DNA from: Tubulanus polymorphus
Lineage: Eukaryota; Animalia; Nemertea
DNA length: 64,000 bases
Direction: 5' to 3'
NCBI RefSeq assembly: GCF_964204645.1
Contig: NC_134028.1
Coordinates: forward strand, 26,718,345 to 26,782,344
Positions 37,191-64,000 of the stretch are shown here, in pieces. Both the position numbers and the translations under genes were made by a program. The notes under the pieces were generated by a model. The model did not search any database. It had not been told where the DNA came from and saw nothing but the letters and a program-made list of their open reading frames with translations. Numbering within the stretch: the stretch's first letter is position 1; each line of letters begins with the position of its first letter.

Positions 37191-40152
37191 TCATTGTTGC
37201 GCGCGCAGCGAGGGATCACCGGTACGAAGTGCCCGTCTACGTACGACATCTAGCGGAATTTTCTTGCGGTCGTAAGCCTGCCCGAAGTAAGCCATTATAT
37301 CCAGGAAGAACGTGGTCGGATTCAGTTTCCAGCCGAACTCGCTCGTGCTATAGTCCATCGGGAACGTGTGATGATAGTTATGGAAGCCTTCCCCTATTGC
37401 CCAGAACGACACGAACATGTTCTCAGCCGGGTTGATGAATTTATCGTAAGGACGATTCCCGTACATATGCGCCAGACTATTTACACACCAGGTCCAATGA
37501 AGCGTCATCGTGTAACGCAACAAACAAACTAGAAACGACGTAACTAACGATTCGCCCCAGACAATATGAGGTATCACAGTCGGTATAGCGAAACAGCTTA
37601 ATAGAACAAACGGCAAATAGAACCTAAAATATATACAATACAAGATACATTCATTTAGTACAGTAAAACTAACCTAGCTCGGACAAACTATGACCGGCTT
37701 AGTCGGTCTGGGGTCAGAAAAGTCCGAGTCATAGATAAAGGATGAACAAGATAGAAATGATTTTGTTAATGTCCGAGTTTGTCGAAGTTTTGAGTTAAGC
37801 CTGCCCGAGTAAGGCGAGGTTAACGTTGTTATATAGATAACTTTGTGACGGCATTTGACTGAGTTAAAATGTCGACGTCAAATCGTTGATGATATCTTTA
37901 GCAAAGAAGCTAATGAGATAAGAATGACGCGAGGATAATACGTGAAGATTCAAATATTCTTACTTCTTCTGGATAACGACGACTGGATCCTTCAACAGAT
38001 CGGTATAATCTAGAGTTCGACCTTTAGCGATGACGTCAGGATGTTTCCGTACGAGTAGCCATCCCATATGCGAGAAGAACAGACCTCGTTTGGCGTTATG
38101 AGGATCGGCGTTTGTTTCTGAGTATTTGTGATGAACTCTGTGATCCCGCGACCATTCGTAGATGTGATTCTGAAATCAATTGAAATTCAATCATCGAGTA
38201 AAAAATTATATCTTCGCCTTAGTCGATTAATCTATTTCGTGAGTTGGAAACAATTTCATGGTTCCCGATAAACCCCGAACACGAATTTCTGCGTTGTGGC
38301 TGAGGATGCTACTTCATGTCAGCGGCCGACATGACTCGAGTAGTCGATTCTTAACACAAGGCACGAGATTTCCCTTCGACAATATGTTCGATTACTTTTT
38401 CAGAAATACTTGAAATATTGGTTTCATTCATAGTAATAATTCTATGCATGCACTTCTCATCTATTATTAACATAATACATTCTTATTTTCATTCGGCGTT
38501 TGTTGCTGAATTCTTCCAAACAGACTCGAACGGTTCTCTGGTTCAAACGTCAACTCTGAAACTACCAGGCGTAAGTTCGCGTTGCATTTTCGATACGTTG
38601 TATCCAGGGCCAATAGCTAAATTTAAACTTTTTGAATTTTGACACTGTCCTCAGTTATGGGATTATCTTCAAGGTCGCTGAAAACCAGAGTTTTTAGTGC
38701 CTTGCTCAGCCGCTAGGTAGCGAACTAGGCCCATTCTTTGCACTGCACAAGTAGACCCTCATACAGACAATGTACCTAAGTTTCATCAAGATCGACCCAA
38801 TATTAATGAAGCTAATTCGCTGAAAGACAGGCGCACAGAACGACAGTTAAATCTTTTGAATTCTGATTATGGTGGGTTTTTAAACTTACAGTCTGTATGA
38901 ACTTGTAACGCTATGAATTGTTGGCTCGTTTTTGATAAAGGATGAACAGTTTTTAAGCTCGACTTATAACATACTTTACGAAAAACAAACTGAGGAAATA
39001 TCTTACCTGAAACGCGATTGTTTGACAAATGGCTAAGAATATTCTCAGAGGCAGTTTAGCTTTGTATGAACGATGAGCCCACAGTCGATGAGCTCCCGCT
39101 GTTATACCGAGAGCCCCGAAAAAATAGAACACACCCGCTAAAAAACAAAACAGGAGACATAGATATTTTAATGAATATATATTTCAATACGTGCTACCTA
39201 CCTGAAACGAAACGAAGGGGGGGGGGGGTGGTGGTTCTAAAATTGGAAACCGGAGTACAAGCTATGCCGAGTTTCATTTTGGAAATTTTATCTTTTAATT
39301 GAACTGCGATGTTCTTCCGTTATTTTGTTTACCATATTTTAGATGTTAGGTTTATAGTTACTTTGTGTCAGGTCAATGCCATATAGATATTTTTTCCTAT
39401 TTCTATTGTTAATGTATTTGTACAGATAGTTTGTTGAACTGTTTACTGATAAGAAATGAAGGCGACTTTGATGAATTAAATCTTATCATTATTGCGATCA
39501 ATTTGATTATCACACGAGATATAATGTTTTGCACGCGTGCAGACAGCAGAGTTCATTCCCCCGTTGCTTGAAATCTTAAGAAATTTTAACTGCTCTATTT
39601 ATTCAATTGTACGGAGGCATCGGGGCAGATTTCTATAATTCTATGCCTGGTGAAAAATCATTAAATTGAATACAAACTTGATTTCTATTTGATACGACCG
39701 ACCGCAATTTAATTCCGACTTTCTATCATCGAAATGAATCTTATTTTCTTTAATCTTATGTTTTCCAAGTGTTGGCCATTTAACTTCGGCAAAAAGCTAA
39801 TGTACACAATTCAATTGCGATAAATACAGAGAATTTCACAGGGATTACAAATAATGATGCTGAATTAATATCACATGGTATTTTTCATTCGAGAATATGT
39901 TATTTTTTACTCACCGAAAAATAATGTTCTCCATTTGGCGTGAAATATGGCGTAATAAATCCCGAAGATGGCGCTGATGTGTAGATATGTAAATAGAATG
40001 ACGTTTCTCCAGACTATTTTGCGGGGAGGCAGTTTCCCTTCTTGCTGCAGAATACTGGCTTCTGCTTCATTGACCAGGTCCAGGTCTGGAGTATAGCTGT
40101 CTGGTTTAGTGGCGTCTACGATCGCCGAACCTTCTCTTATTCGTGGAGCCAT
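37191..40152 (-). CDS. SCD: Stearoyl-CoA (delta-9 acyl-CoA) desaturase, 335 aa; exons 40152-39915, 39137-39007, 38169-37964, 37623-37191
   Basis: Three His boxes HRLWAH, HRVHH and HNYHH, plus [26 protein letters not shown] and VNSLAHMYG. All splice phases are compatible. Probable 5'UTR intron 40886-40168. Confidence 0.95.
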
Positions 40153-41739
40153 TATCTTCTACCTTAACTGCCGGAAATTTAGTATATATACGAATTATTA
40201 AGAATCATATAAAGGCTAAGCGTGACGCACTGGACGTTAACGACTCCACAACACGACGCCGCGGTATTAACTGAAAATCGGCTAAAAAGAATTGTAAATA
40301 TAGAACGGAAGTGTTGTCTGGATGAGGTCTTTGCCAGGTCATCCACAACTACAGTTCAAGAGTTTGAATCCAGACAACTGACGACTGACCATGATATTAT
40401 ATATATATATACATTTATATCACCGGCGATCGATATTTTGATTGTATAAAATTTTGCACGCACTTTGAGAACCATTTCTCATAGATATTTATATATTTAG
40501 TAACATTATCGTCTGTTTTTAGGTGCAGTTAGGTCAACATAGGGTTTACAATGTAGAATATACGGCGTCAATTATTTCAATAGATCGCGGCCATTGATTA
40601 TCATTTATAAAGATGAGAGGAGAGTAGTCGGAGACACTATGTTATCGTTATAGGTAAATCTTATTATTTTCCGTAAAGGAAATTTTTAATGAAATACAAT
40701 AGATTCCTCTTGACTCCTGATTCGTTGGTATCGGTTAAGTCGGTAAACCGTTCATATCTTACCCGAATTTAAACCTCTGATAAACATTTATATATTCGGA
40801 AATTAATCTCTCAGATCGTTAACAACAACATCTACAGTGAGTCCCAACACTAAATACGCAGTTTTCTATATATCAACCAGACTCACCTATTTCCAGTGCT
40901 ACGTATGAATGTACGGGGACACTATTGTTCCAACACCGTTCACTGCTAGTGCTTAGCTCCTCTAAAAGTGACCGAATTGATGCAGTTATTATTCACGTCC
41001 GGAGTTGAGGTTTACTTTTATTTTCCGGGAACACGACACAAAAATTGCATGTGATACATGTGATCAAAGACCAAAGTGAATCGAGTGCGTAGCGGTGATA
41101 CGAGTGTGGTATGAATGATCTGAATCACGTGTGTTTTGGCTGACGACATAACGAGCAATTATTGTGGCATTTATAAAAAAGGTATAAATATCGCAGCAGC
41201 GTTTAGTGACATGCGCTATTCAGCCACGAAGCCCGTGCTACGAATTGGAATATGGTTAGGCGTCTACAATCGAGTTTCTACCACTTTCAGTAAATACAAT
41301 GTCTACGTCTACATTGTACTACGTATTTTGAAATTAAGAGAAATGTATATTTTGTTGATGTACGTTAGAAGAATAAACTGACCGAGCTATGAGTCACGCA
41401 TGTCAGACTAATACGCGTCGTCATTTAACGATGCACCTGGCTGATATGAGTTTATCGTACGATGGTATGTTAATGTTTCTAACGGCGCTCTTTTGAGATC
41501 AAATCGATAGATTTAAAAAGATAGAGTATTTTTCCATTATACACTCAATTACTTTGTAGTTCCTGTGGTTATTACGTGTGTTTTCACACATACCCGCGCT
41601 CGTACTCAAAGAGACGTCGACTTTACGGCTTGCATGGAGTATATCGGATTGGGCGGAAGACTATGTCCTCCTGCATAGCCAAGGTGGATGAGCAAAATAT
41701 TAATGAGAGAAAGTAATATATACCATCATCGTACCATCC

Positions 41740-41870
41740 TAGTATGGTACTAATAAATCGTCCTCCCTCGGCAGGGATTCGATCCCGATGACATCGAGAC
41801 TGTCAGGGCGCGAAAGCTGAGTCTAGCTAAGCCATCAGATTGGAATCCCTGCCGAGGACGGTACTATACC
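41740..41870. mobile_element. Palindromic MITE-like element, family 2 (short, diverged copy)
   Basis: ctcggcagggattcga...tggaatccctgccgag inverted arms, similar to 4860-5120. Confidence 0.6.
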
Positions 41871-42251
41871 GTTACTGGTTTCGTTAATCCCCAGTTGAGC
41901 ATCAATATCCAGTTGACACGAATAGATAAGTGTCACCATCGACGAGAAGATTTGTCAAACAAAACCCACCCGATAAAAATGACGTAAAACGAATCGATTT
42001 CAAAACAGTTATTTTTTATTCAATTTTTGCATTTCATTTTTCTAGGCACGTTAAAACAACACAACGATTAATTATAATATTTTATCATACATTATACACA
42101 GTACATACGTCAGCATACGTCATTAACTAATTCAAACAAGATGATGGACTTTGAGAAATTCTGATGTTCCTGTTGTTATTACCTTTGCTACTCCAACGTG
42201 ACACCATCTTCTTCGATCAAGTATTTTAGAAGTGTGTTGATATATATACGC

Positions 42252-42375
<124 letters not shown>

Positions 42376-43349
42376 ACATACAATACATATAATCTTAATC
42401 ATTTGTTTATTTCTACTCACGATGCCCATCACAGAAATAAACACAATTAAATTCATTAATGATCATATATTTATTAACACTACAGACCTGCCCGTGTCTA
42501 AAGATATATTTAACATTATAGCTTATTTAATTAGATGTCGAATAAACTAAAAAATATTCTGATTTCATTCGTTTTTTTTATCACACGATCTAAAACTAGG
42601 TTAACTATTACGTATTATCTAAACGGGATAGATTTTCGTAATGACAAAGCAACGGGTTTTTTTTTTCGTTTGAGATACATCAGGCGCGGTGAATAAGATA
42701 AAATTATCTATTTATATATATATAGACAAACGATTGTCTTCTTTTTCATTCTAAGAGGGAGACGAGCTACATAATAATCGTAGATTAATATAATATAAAT
42801 ATTAGTACAGCAATAGAATCGTAATACACAAATATGTATGATGTAGTCGGCTGGTAAATATATATGTATATAAGGCAAGATGGAATACGCCAACGGGTAT
42901 AATGATAGTAAAAATGCCAAAAATACGCGCAAAAGTCACTTTCACAAGTAAAGATGTTTAATATCAAACCTATAGAATATGTATTGTTTTTCCTGTATTC
43001 ATAATGACGTAACAAACATTAATATATTCATGCTTGACGAAAACTGAATCGGTAGAATATATCGTCTGGATGAGTCAGTGAAAATAAAATCATCGCCGTA
43101 TACGAAAAAAAACAACGTAGAAAGTCCGAAATGTTGTGTACGTGGGTTAGTTCCAAGTTCGCTAGTTGTACGTATGTTCACAAGAGGGCGCTCCATTCGA
43201 AGACAAAACGTCGGTCTGTTTAGACACCCCGATGGCCGAACGAGGTTTGTCTAAACAAGATCCGACGTTTTGTGTTGGTAGTTTTTTTGTTTAAAGAAAT
43301 GTTTCCGTTTTCGTGTGGTTCGATTAAGTCGTCGTTGTCGTTGCGCTGA

Positions 43350-56284
<12,935 letters not shown>

Positions 56285-59200
56285 GGCCTACTAGGTCATT
56301 TTTTGCTGGCTAGCCGCCGGAACAAGAAACTGTCAGTAGACGGGAACGAGGCTCGTCGAAACGCGACCCCAGCGAGAGTGCAAGGTTGAGCAGGAAGAGA
56401 GAGGAAGAGAGAGAGAGAAAGGGAGAGCGTTGAGCGAGATAGAGAGGGAGGGTACAGAGCTCCGTATGAGTCAAACACACTGCAGTCTGGTGGATAGACA
56501 TTCAACTAAATATTATATGATATTCTTATCCAGGTGAATAACATAAAATATCAACAACACGATGAGCAATTTTTCAATCGCAATTTTACAAAAAAATAAT
56601 GTAAGAAAGGTAGACTCATGTTTTGTAGACAGTGTCGGTAACTATCAACATTTGTTCAAAGCCGAAAGAAGTTTTTTGTGTAATGTAAGTTCAATAGAGG
56701 GCGAATCAGTCGGGGGTTGATGGTTGGTTTATAATCATTCTTATACTTACAGGAACCTCCCGGTTCAACACTACCGAAAACTGGAGTCTTTTGAGATGAA
56801 ACATTTTCGTCTATTTTGTTCTTTTCTTTCTGTTATCCACAATAGAGTTCGAAATCTCCAAAATTGTTACTGACCTCAGTACATAATCTTACATCAGTTC
56901 GAAGCAATTAAAAATCTACTTCCTAGTTGAGTAATCTTCATAAATCCACTCGACATTTCCCTAATACGTTGTTCTATTTCTTATCAAACTTGATATTCAT
57001 GTTAACCATTAATATGCTTTGTAAATGAAAGTTTAAGACAATTTGAATTTGAATTATTTGTAATTTGATACGAGAAAGAAGATAGTTTTGGTTCATTATG
57101 TTCAGCGATTCACAGTCTTTGAGGATATTTTTCTCAACTGCTGGGAAACTGAAGGAATATAGGAACGACTAGGAAACTATGCTTGCACAAAAACATGATT
57201 GACAGGATGACCGTAACACTCGGCCATCCGCACCCCTTCTGTCTCTCCAGGGGATTGTCAGAGTGTTTATCATATTTAAATGCTTTTGATTGCGAGAGTT
57301 TTTGTAGATTCTCGTCAGAACTAAATGGATCCGAACCAACAGAGTTAAAACCTTTGCTGAATATACAGGAAATCGATCTGCAGTAAACTTAATCTTAATT
57401 GGCAACTGCACCGCGTGAGGATTAGTTCATTAGGTTATTAACAGCAGTTTAAGACTAATGGTCAGTGAATACGTTATTGAATATCTTCTGTATAACTACT
57501 GTTAGAAACTGTCTACAGGGATTGTCTTAAAGTGTGTTTAACTAGAATAACATTGAAACTAGAGACCGATGTTAGATATTCGTTTCCCCATATTTTATAG
57601 TAATTAGCAGTTCCGAAGGTGATAGTACGACTTTCGGGGGCATTACAATTTATGATCTTTGTAAGATTCTTGTCAGACTTAGGATCAAAGTCTTGTAATC
57701 AGAGTTTGAGTGTTTAGGTGCATATAGTCACCACACCTGTACCGGTCACCGTTAGTGTCCTCATGACGCTGACCAGATGAACTTAAAACATAGTAATCAC
57801 GATGGGTCTGTGGTCAATAAGTCAGTGGGCATTACGTGGTTTGCATACTGCACCAGCCTGAATTTGACTAGAAGGGTTAGGTTTATTTGTAGGTCTATAT
57901 GTAATATATAATGATATGCTTTTCTCCAAGCAACCGTTCTTTATGAAATTTGGTCGATGTTGGTATATTGTAGGCCTAGTGCTAATGATACAGTCATTGA
58001 GTCGACTTTCCACGGAACAAGACTCGAATCTTCGCGTGAAGTAGGCATTTCTGTCGCATCGCGTGCTGTTGTAGACTCACTCCATGACGTAGCAGCGCCT
58101 CACTCAATCAATCGTACTTCTGCTGATAGAATAATCTAAACTACAGCCATATTTGATTTTTGTCCCTTGGCGAAAGATCTTGTGGTTTGATAAATATTAC
58201 TGAACGACTTGAAACGACACGAAGAAATATTATTTTCGTGTTCAATGAGCGCGTGATTTTGTCGCTGGAAAATTCTTAAAAGATTGAATCTCCACCAGTA
58301 TGCGATTCCCAGGCCAGAGGTTGAGGACGATTCTACGAAATATCGTCGATATTCCTCGCCAACTCTCCAAAACAAATTTCAAACGTTACATCGAAAGTTG
58401 CGCTTGGACGATCAATATTCATGTACGGAAAAAAACAGATCCTCGCTGTCTGACATGTAATATTTGGAAATCGTTAAGTTAAATGCTAGTCATTAAAAAC
58501 GAATTTATGGTTGAATCATTGTGTTGTGTGTTTTTTTGGAAGGCGATATTGGCAAAACAAAAAACCCATGATATCGACGAGGCTGAAAAAAGAATTCCTC
58601 TTGAAATGACAGAATTGAGAAAACACAAGCCGTCATTGCTCGAACTGACGTCCTGTCTACAGATTAGACCGCAAAGAGTGGATTGACAATTTAGTCGATG
58701 AGGTATTTACTGTTTACTTATCAGTTCGGTCGTGAATTTGAGTGATCGGTGATCACAGCAAAAACCGATAATTACTTAATCAGTATTCTATGCATAAATC
58801 GGTGTCGAGTACGTTCTGTGTCAACGTTCAAAGCGGTACATCTAAATTACTAACATATCCCTCGTGTCCCGGAAAGAATTCTGATCTAAGAGGTCCGGTT
58901 ACTCGAAGAGGAGGAGTCTTATAGTTGCTGTAAATTGTTGGTTCATCGCCCAGTTCTGTAGTAAAATTGTAATCAGTTCATTTCTTTAACTGCCCGGTCT
59001 ACTTAGCTTGATCGTGGTTTTAAAAAGACTAGTGTACAGGGATAGGCGGTCTGCGGGGTCAACTTTATGGCGTGGGCGTTAGTAGACGGTCGTTTTGTTG
59101 ATGAAAGATGAAATCGAAAAGAAAAAACCCATAGCGATGAGGTAAGAATCTCTGAAACTGGTCACCGACGAGACGAGCGTTCCCTTGTAACACGCGGCAT

Positions 59201-62200
59201 AACTGGTTTTCTGCCGTCGTCAAAATCGATTTTTCAAATTGCAGTTGTTCCTACTGTATCAACTCTTTGGTCGCTAATTCAACATCATCGAAAATAATTC
59301 ATACGTTAAACGGGTTTCGAACTCACTGTCAAAATAAGGCGGAAAATGTTTCTTCTAATGATAGAATAAAATGGTTAATTTTACGAATGAGTGGAAAGCG
59401 TTCGATTAATTTCGAGCCCTTGATATTCGACGACGATGTCGCTTATATTAGATTGCGAACGATGATTTCATTACGTAAAACTCAGGAGACAATCAAAGTG
59501 AAATATAGCAAAGTCGAATTCGTGTGTGTTTTGCGACATGATTTACTATTTTTATCACAAAAAACGCAAATCATGTTACCATTAAACCATATGTTACTTG
59601 ATGTTTGTGTGTCATATGTCTGTGGTTAATAATGAAATAACCCTGTCTAACGCGTGGCGTGATGTGGGTCTATGCGCTTTTTTAGATAAACATTGAAAGG
59701 ATATTTTCAGATATTCAGATAGATATGAATCCTGTTGAATCGCGGGCATTATTTAGAAGGATTATCATTTACTGCATAAACCATCTCGCGATAAAGCGAT
59801 CAATTTTCTATGTTTTGATTCAGCAAGAAAAATAAAAAAGCTATTCCAAAAACGCATTTCGAGATTATGTTTGTATTTGGTGACCACGCTTTTACTGCTT
59901 TAAGTACAAATTCTGTATCATATATTTCAAGAATTTCCAACCTTAATAATTCTAAGCTGTTCATTTTAGTATTTGCTAGAAAACACCACAAATCGAAAGA
60001 TGACAAAATGACGGTTGTGAAGTGTCTAGCGGAAGTGACGTGTCCGCATCGTCCATAAAAATATTAAGGTCAATAAAATTAGCAACAACAGGAGCTGAAA
60101 CCGAGAAAATGAAACCAGTAAATTCTCATCGTTACTGTTTGTTATTTCTATCAGGTAAGAAGTTCGTGACGTGTTGAAGGTAAATCGAGCACGTATCGGG
60201 AACACAACCATCATCAACCGCGTCGATCAACGGCTTCTTGCGAGCGTAGAAATTGATTGCACCGTTTATAGGCTTTACCGCGGCGTCCGTATATCATACT
60301 TATATAGAATTACTCGCGAACGAACTTAGACGGGCTGGCTGTGTAATTTACGCGAAGCCACGTAAAGTCACGTAAAGTCGCGTTTAGGCTAGGTAAATCA
60401 CGTGTGACAGCACCTTACTATACGAAACCATGCGTGACGAAAGACAGAAAATCCGTCTTAACCGACATCAATAATCTATGCTGTTTGAATTACTTTGCGT
60501 GAGGTGGGTTTGTGCTCATATACTGAGCCTGTGTCTCAGACACGCCTAATTTCACTCATATTTCTATTATGGATTCTAAGTGGGAACCACGCCGGTCACA
60601 GGAAGTAGTCAACATCCCTTCGATATCCTGGATGCTGTCGTTTACATCATCGATCAGTTTATCACCTCAGGCGATACAACAACTAATCATTCTCTAACTC
60701 ATACGGGTCTACTCCGCCTTTCATTCTCTCCAGCACTTTCAGGTGTCCTTTTTTCACAACAGCCAGGCAGAAACTAAGAACTCACCCCTCCTCATGACAA
60801 ACAGGGATAATCTAACTCATTGTTTGTTAGATGGTTGGAACATTGTGTATGGTTCTATGAATACTTATTTGTTTGTACCCTGCACCCCTCACATAATACA
60901 CTTTTAATGGGTGAAGTCCGATTTTTCATTGTGTTCTAATGAAATGTTTATGTCTGTGAAGTCAGGTAAAACGTGTATATAAAGTACATAAATGTATTCA
61001 GACATCAGACAGGTGGCTCAAGGCCGAACTTTGGATTTTGTAACTGTAGTCGACTAGATTTCGGACTCTAATGATCCATTACACTACATTTTAGTCTTAT
61101 ACAAATCACAGTGTCGGCCATCTTGGAACCAAGTCTAAACTACAGCAACCGCACTCAATCCCGTGGTCGACCATTCCCGTACCAGGGTTCCGACTAACTG
61201 ACATTCAGTTTCACGACAAATAGTCGACTAACTCCGATAACCGAAGCTCGTCAAGGATATCAATGATAATCAGGACGGTTAAGAAAATCAAATCTTGTTT
61301 GTGTCAACTGTCATCTATCTTGTTGTTGTTGACGCGTGTGCAATGAACGACTGCGTGCACCGATGCTCGTTTCACTGTTCTATAGTCCATTAACAATGTG
61401 TACGAGAGCCGTTTGTTTAATGAACTGTAAACATTAATACCTTCTGCTGCGTCTCAAGTCGCGCTATCAATCAAATCACAGTCGACTTCAAATTATCACC
61501 AGTATACCCGCCTGATGAAACCTGAACTCGAATTGCGGTCGTGGGGGAAATTTTCCTTCGAGAAGTTTGAAAAATCGAAAAATCTATTTCGACTACAGCG
61601 AACCGGTCAACGAGACACCGTTGATAAAATAGTATGTAAATCCGTGTTGTGACGATATAATAGAGAATCCCACAATAATAACGAAAGACAAAGTCTGAAA
61701 ATGATTCTTAGAACTAGTAGTTTATTCGACGTTTCGACTATATTCTAATAGTTACGTTTCTGATGACTATTTCTCTATATTAGGTAGATGAGTAGACAAG
61801 ATCCGTACATCATTGATTTCACGTGTATTTGCGTATATGTGTAGGGTCCGTGGTTGAAATTGAAACTCACAGAAGGCACTGTATCAGTTATCAATCGATA
61901 CTAATCGATTGATAACTGAAGAAAGGAGATAATCAAAATGCGACTTCTCGACTTAACGACCGTGCTATGACTACTCACGTATCCCATTTCTCAAATACTT
62001 TCTTTCGATTTTCGGAGGCGTTGAATATTTCAAAGAGGAAACGTAAAACGTCCCAGGAATAATTAAACCAAATAGGTTGACAAAACGAGATGTTTTTCTT
62101 TAATTACTCCAAGCATTTTTTTCGCACTAGTATCTTCGTATTATCAATGAACCAATAAAGGCTTCGTTTTTCGATCTGGTAAACAGATACCTGAACAAAA

Positions 62201-62995
62201 AACTGACGTCTGCGCGCTCTTTTCCTTTTGTATTTTGGATTGATTGCGTGCCAGCTCGAGCTGTGTTGTGACAAAATCGTGTGTCATTTGATGCGGTTAC
62301 TGTAGACATCCATCAAAGTTTTGTCAGCAGATAACTAAGTATCCGACCCAATTTAAGGATGTATTGAAGAATATGTTTCACAGGCCTAATTACATCAATG
62401 CTGATATATATACACACTAACTAAAGGTATCTATACATTACTGATCGGGAATTCAATTACTGCTGCGCTGATGCTTATTAAATAAACTTGTTGCTAATAG
62501 TGGATAGTTCGTGCACTGATGGTGGTCACACGACGGCGACACCCAAGTTCACATATCTGACGTCAAACGGACCGTACGAGCTATTAGCAACGTCACTGAT
62601 GATACTACTAATTACGGTGGTAGATATAGCTGAAGGGAACAAAGGTTTCAGATGGAGCTTGTAAGTGGACATCGATATTCAATGCATAGCAATTATACAC
62701 GGGCTTCTATCGACATCCGCGCATTGTAACCAATTATAGTGGCCTATTGCTTGATGACATCTTTCGCATGATTTTTAGCCCAGGTGGCCCCGCTCGCCGG
62801 TCCCCGTACTGGCCATCACCTCTATACCGTGCACAACGCCCTTTAAGTATTCTCAACTTGGCAACTTTACTTTTTCGGGGCTCATTTTATGACAATCCAA
62901 TGTTTTTATGTCAAATTTGATCTAACTATGAACGCAGTTTTATAGTCAATTGAACTTCAGATTGGGTTCCATAGTTGTGTGGGTTTAAATTCGAC

Positions 62996-63069
62996 CCTAG
63001 ACCATCAGCTCCACAGTTATGTGGGTGGATCCTAGACCATCAGCTCCACAGTTATGTAGGTGGATCCTA
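62996..63069. repeat. 35-bp tandem duplication
   Basis: CCTAGACCATCAGCTCCACAGTTATGT(G/A)GGTGGAT occurs twice. Confidence 0.85.
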
Positions 63070-63189
63070 TAAACTTTCATTTATCCGGTGAATAAAACTC
63101 ACATGTCTGAAATCATGTCCTGCTCGTCACGTAGTTCAGCATTTGAACAGCAAACATATACTTGTCAATGATTTCTAAGTGACGGTGGT

Positions 63190-63354
63190 GAGGGATGGAT
63201 GCTGGGAGGGGGAGAGGGATGGATGCTGGGAGGGGGAGAGGGACGGATGCTGGGAGGTGGAGAGGTATGGATGCTGGGAGGGGGAGAGGGATGGATGCTG
63301 GGAGAGGGATGGATGCTGGGAGGGGAGAGGGATGGATGCTGGGAGGTGGAGAGG
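63190..63354. repeat. 24-bp G-rich minisatellite (GAGGGATGGATGCTGGGAGGGGGA)x~7
   Basis: Read directly. Confidence 0.9.
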
Positions 63355-64000
63355 CAGTCACTAGTCATATATCGATACTTGTATTGAGATATCTGATGAG
63401 TATCTGGGAGTTTATTGATATTTGTGTTTGTATCAGAAATAGAATCAATGATTTTCTGATGATACATTTATGAATGTTGTATTTAAACGGACGCTTCTGC
63501 AGCTGACACTACGCGGTGTTTAATTGTCGGATAAACGCTTATTGCTACTTAACGCCGCGCGTAACTATGAGAACCGTTCCCAACGTCGTTTACGTTGAAA
63601 GTAGCCGTTAGTTCAACGTTTAATTGTAGCTGATTCAATTACGCCGCGTTAAGTAGCGTACGTAGCCGCCATAAACCGCCAAGTTACCCAACAATCGCCA
63701 CGCGTTCCGTTACCGCTGCCGCCGCCACCGCCGCCGCTAACGTCAAAACGAGTGATGATGAGCCAGTTCAGCGGTACTCGTGACGTCACACGCTGCAATG
63801 AACCTGCCACAACCAATTACTGCCGGCGACGACATGCGCTTCATTGACGCTGGAAATATTGGCACAGTTCGTCAGAAAGTTCGAATATAGCTGCGAACAG
63901 ATCGCGCTAAAAATCAATGATTAGTTTATCGCATCGACTGTTATAGTTAAAAAATCACACCAGCGCGCACCAGATGTATAAAGATACGTTTATATAACTA

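Noticed and set aside
56500-63100. Short ORFs in the final ~7 kb
   Set aside because: None shows domain signatures or a consistent exon chain.
63113-63473. Pro-rich and Gly-rich repetitive ORFs
   Set aside because: Translations of the 24-bp minisatellite in several frames.

Overview
AT-rich, intron-containing animal genomic DNA. Gene content and style suggest an invertebrate, probably a lophotrochozoan, but the species cannot be determined from the sequence. Gene models were built by hand from GT-AG sites and reading-frame phase. In order the window contains: a small Lys/Arg/Glu-rich microprotein gene (+), an intronless FMRFamide/peptide-receptor-like GPCR (+), and a 2-exon 3-EF-hand Ca2+-binding protein (-). 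Next is a ~22 kb tandemly duplicated cluster (13.8-36.2 kb) in which three secreted double-PAN/Apple-domain genes alternate with two near-identical atypical opsins. This cluster also holds one 6-Cys secreted peptide gene and a second intronless GPCR (-). It is followed by a stearoyl-CoA (delta-9) desaturase (-) and a PDZ + ZM-motif Zasp/ALP-family gene without LIM domains (-). The last ~7.5 kb has no supportable CDS. The most notable items are (i) the opsin pair, which keeps the retinal-binding Lys, has acidic residues at both counterion sites (D113 and E181), has HPVMF instead of NPxxY, and shows a gene-conversion-like divergence pattern; (ii) the repeated PAN/peptide/opsin module; (iii) the toxin/defensin-like peptide; and (iv) a (GCT)n tract of different length in the PAN signal peptides. 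Palindromic MITEs, Penelope-like hammerhead remnants, minisatellites and (TA)n tracts are scattered throughout.
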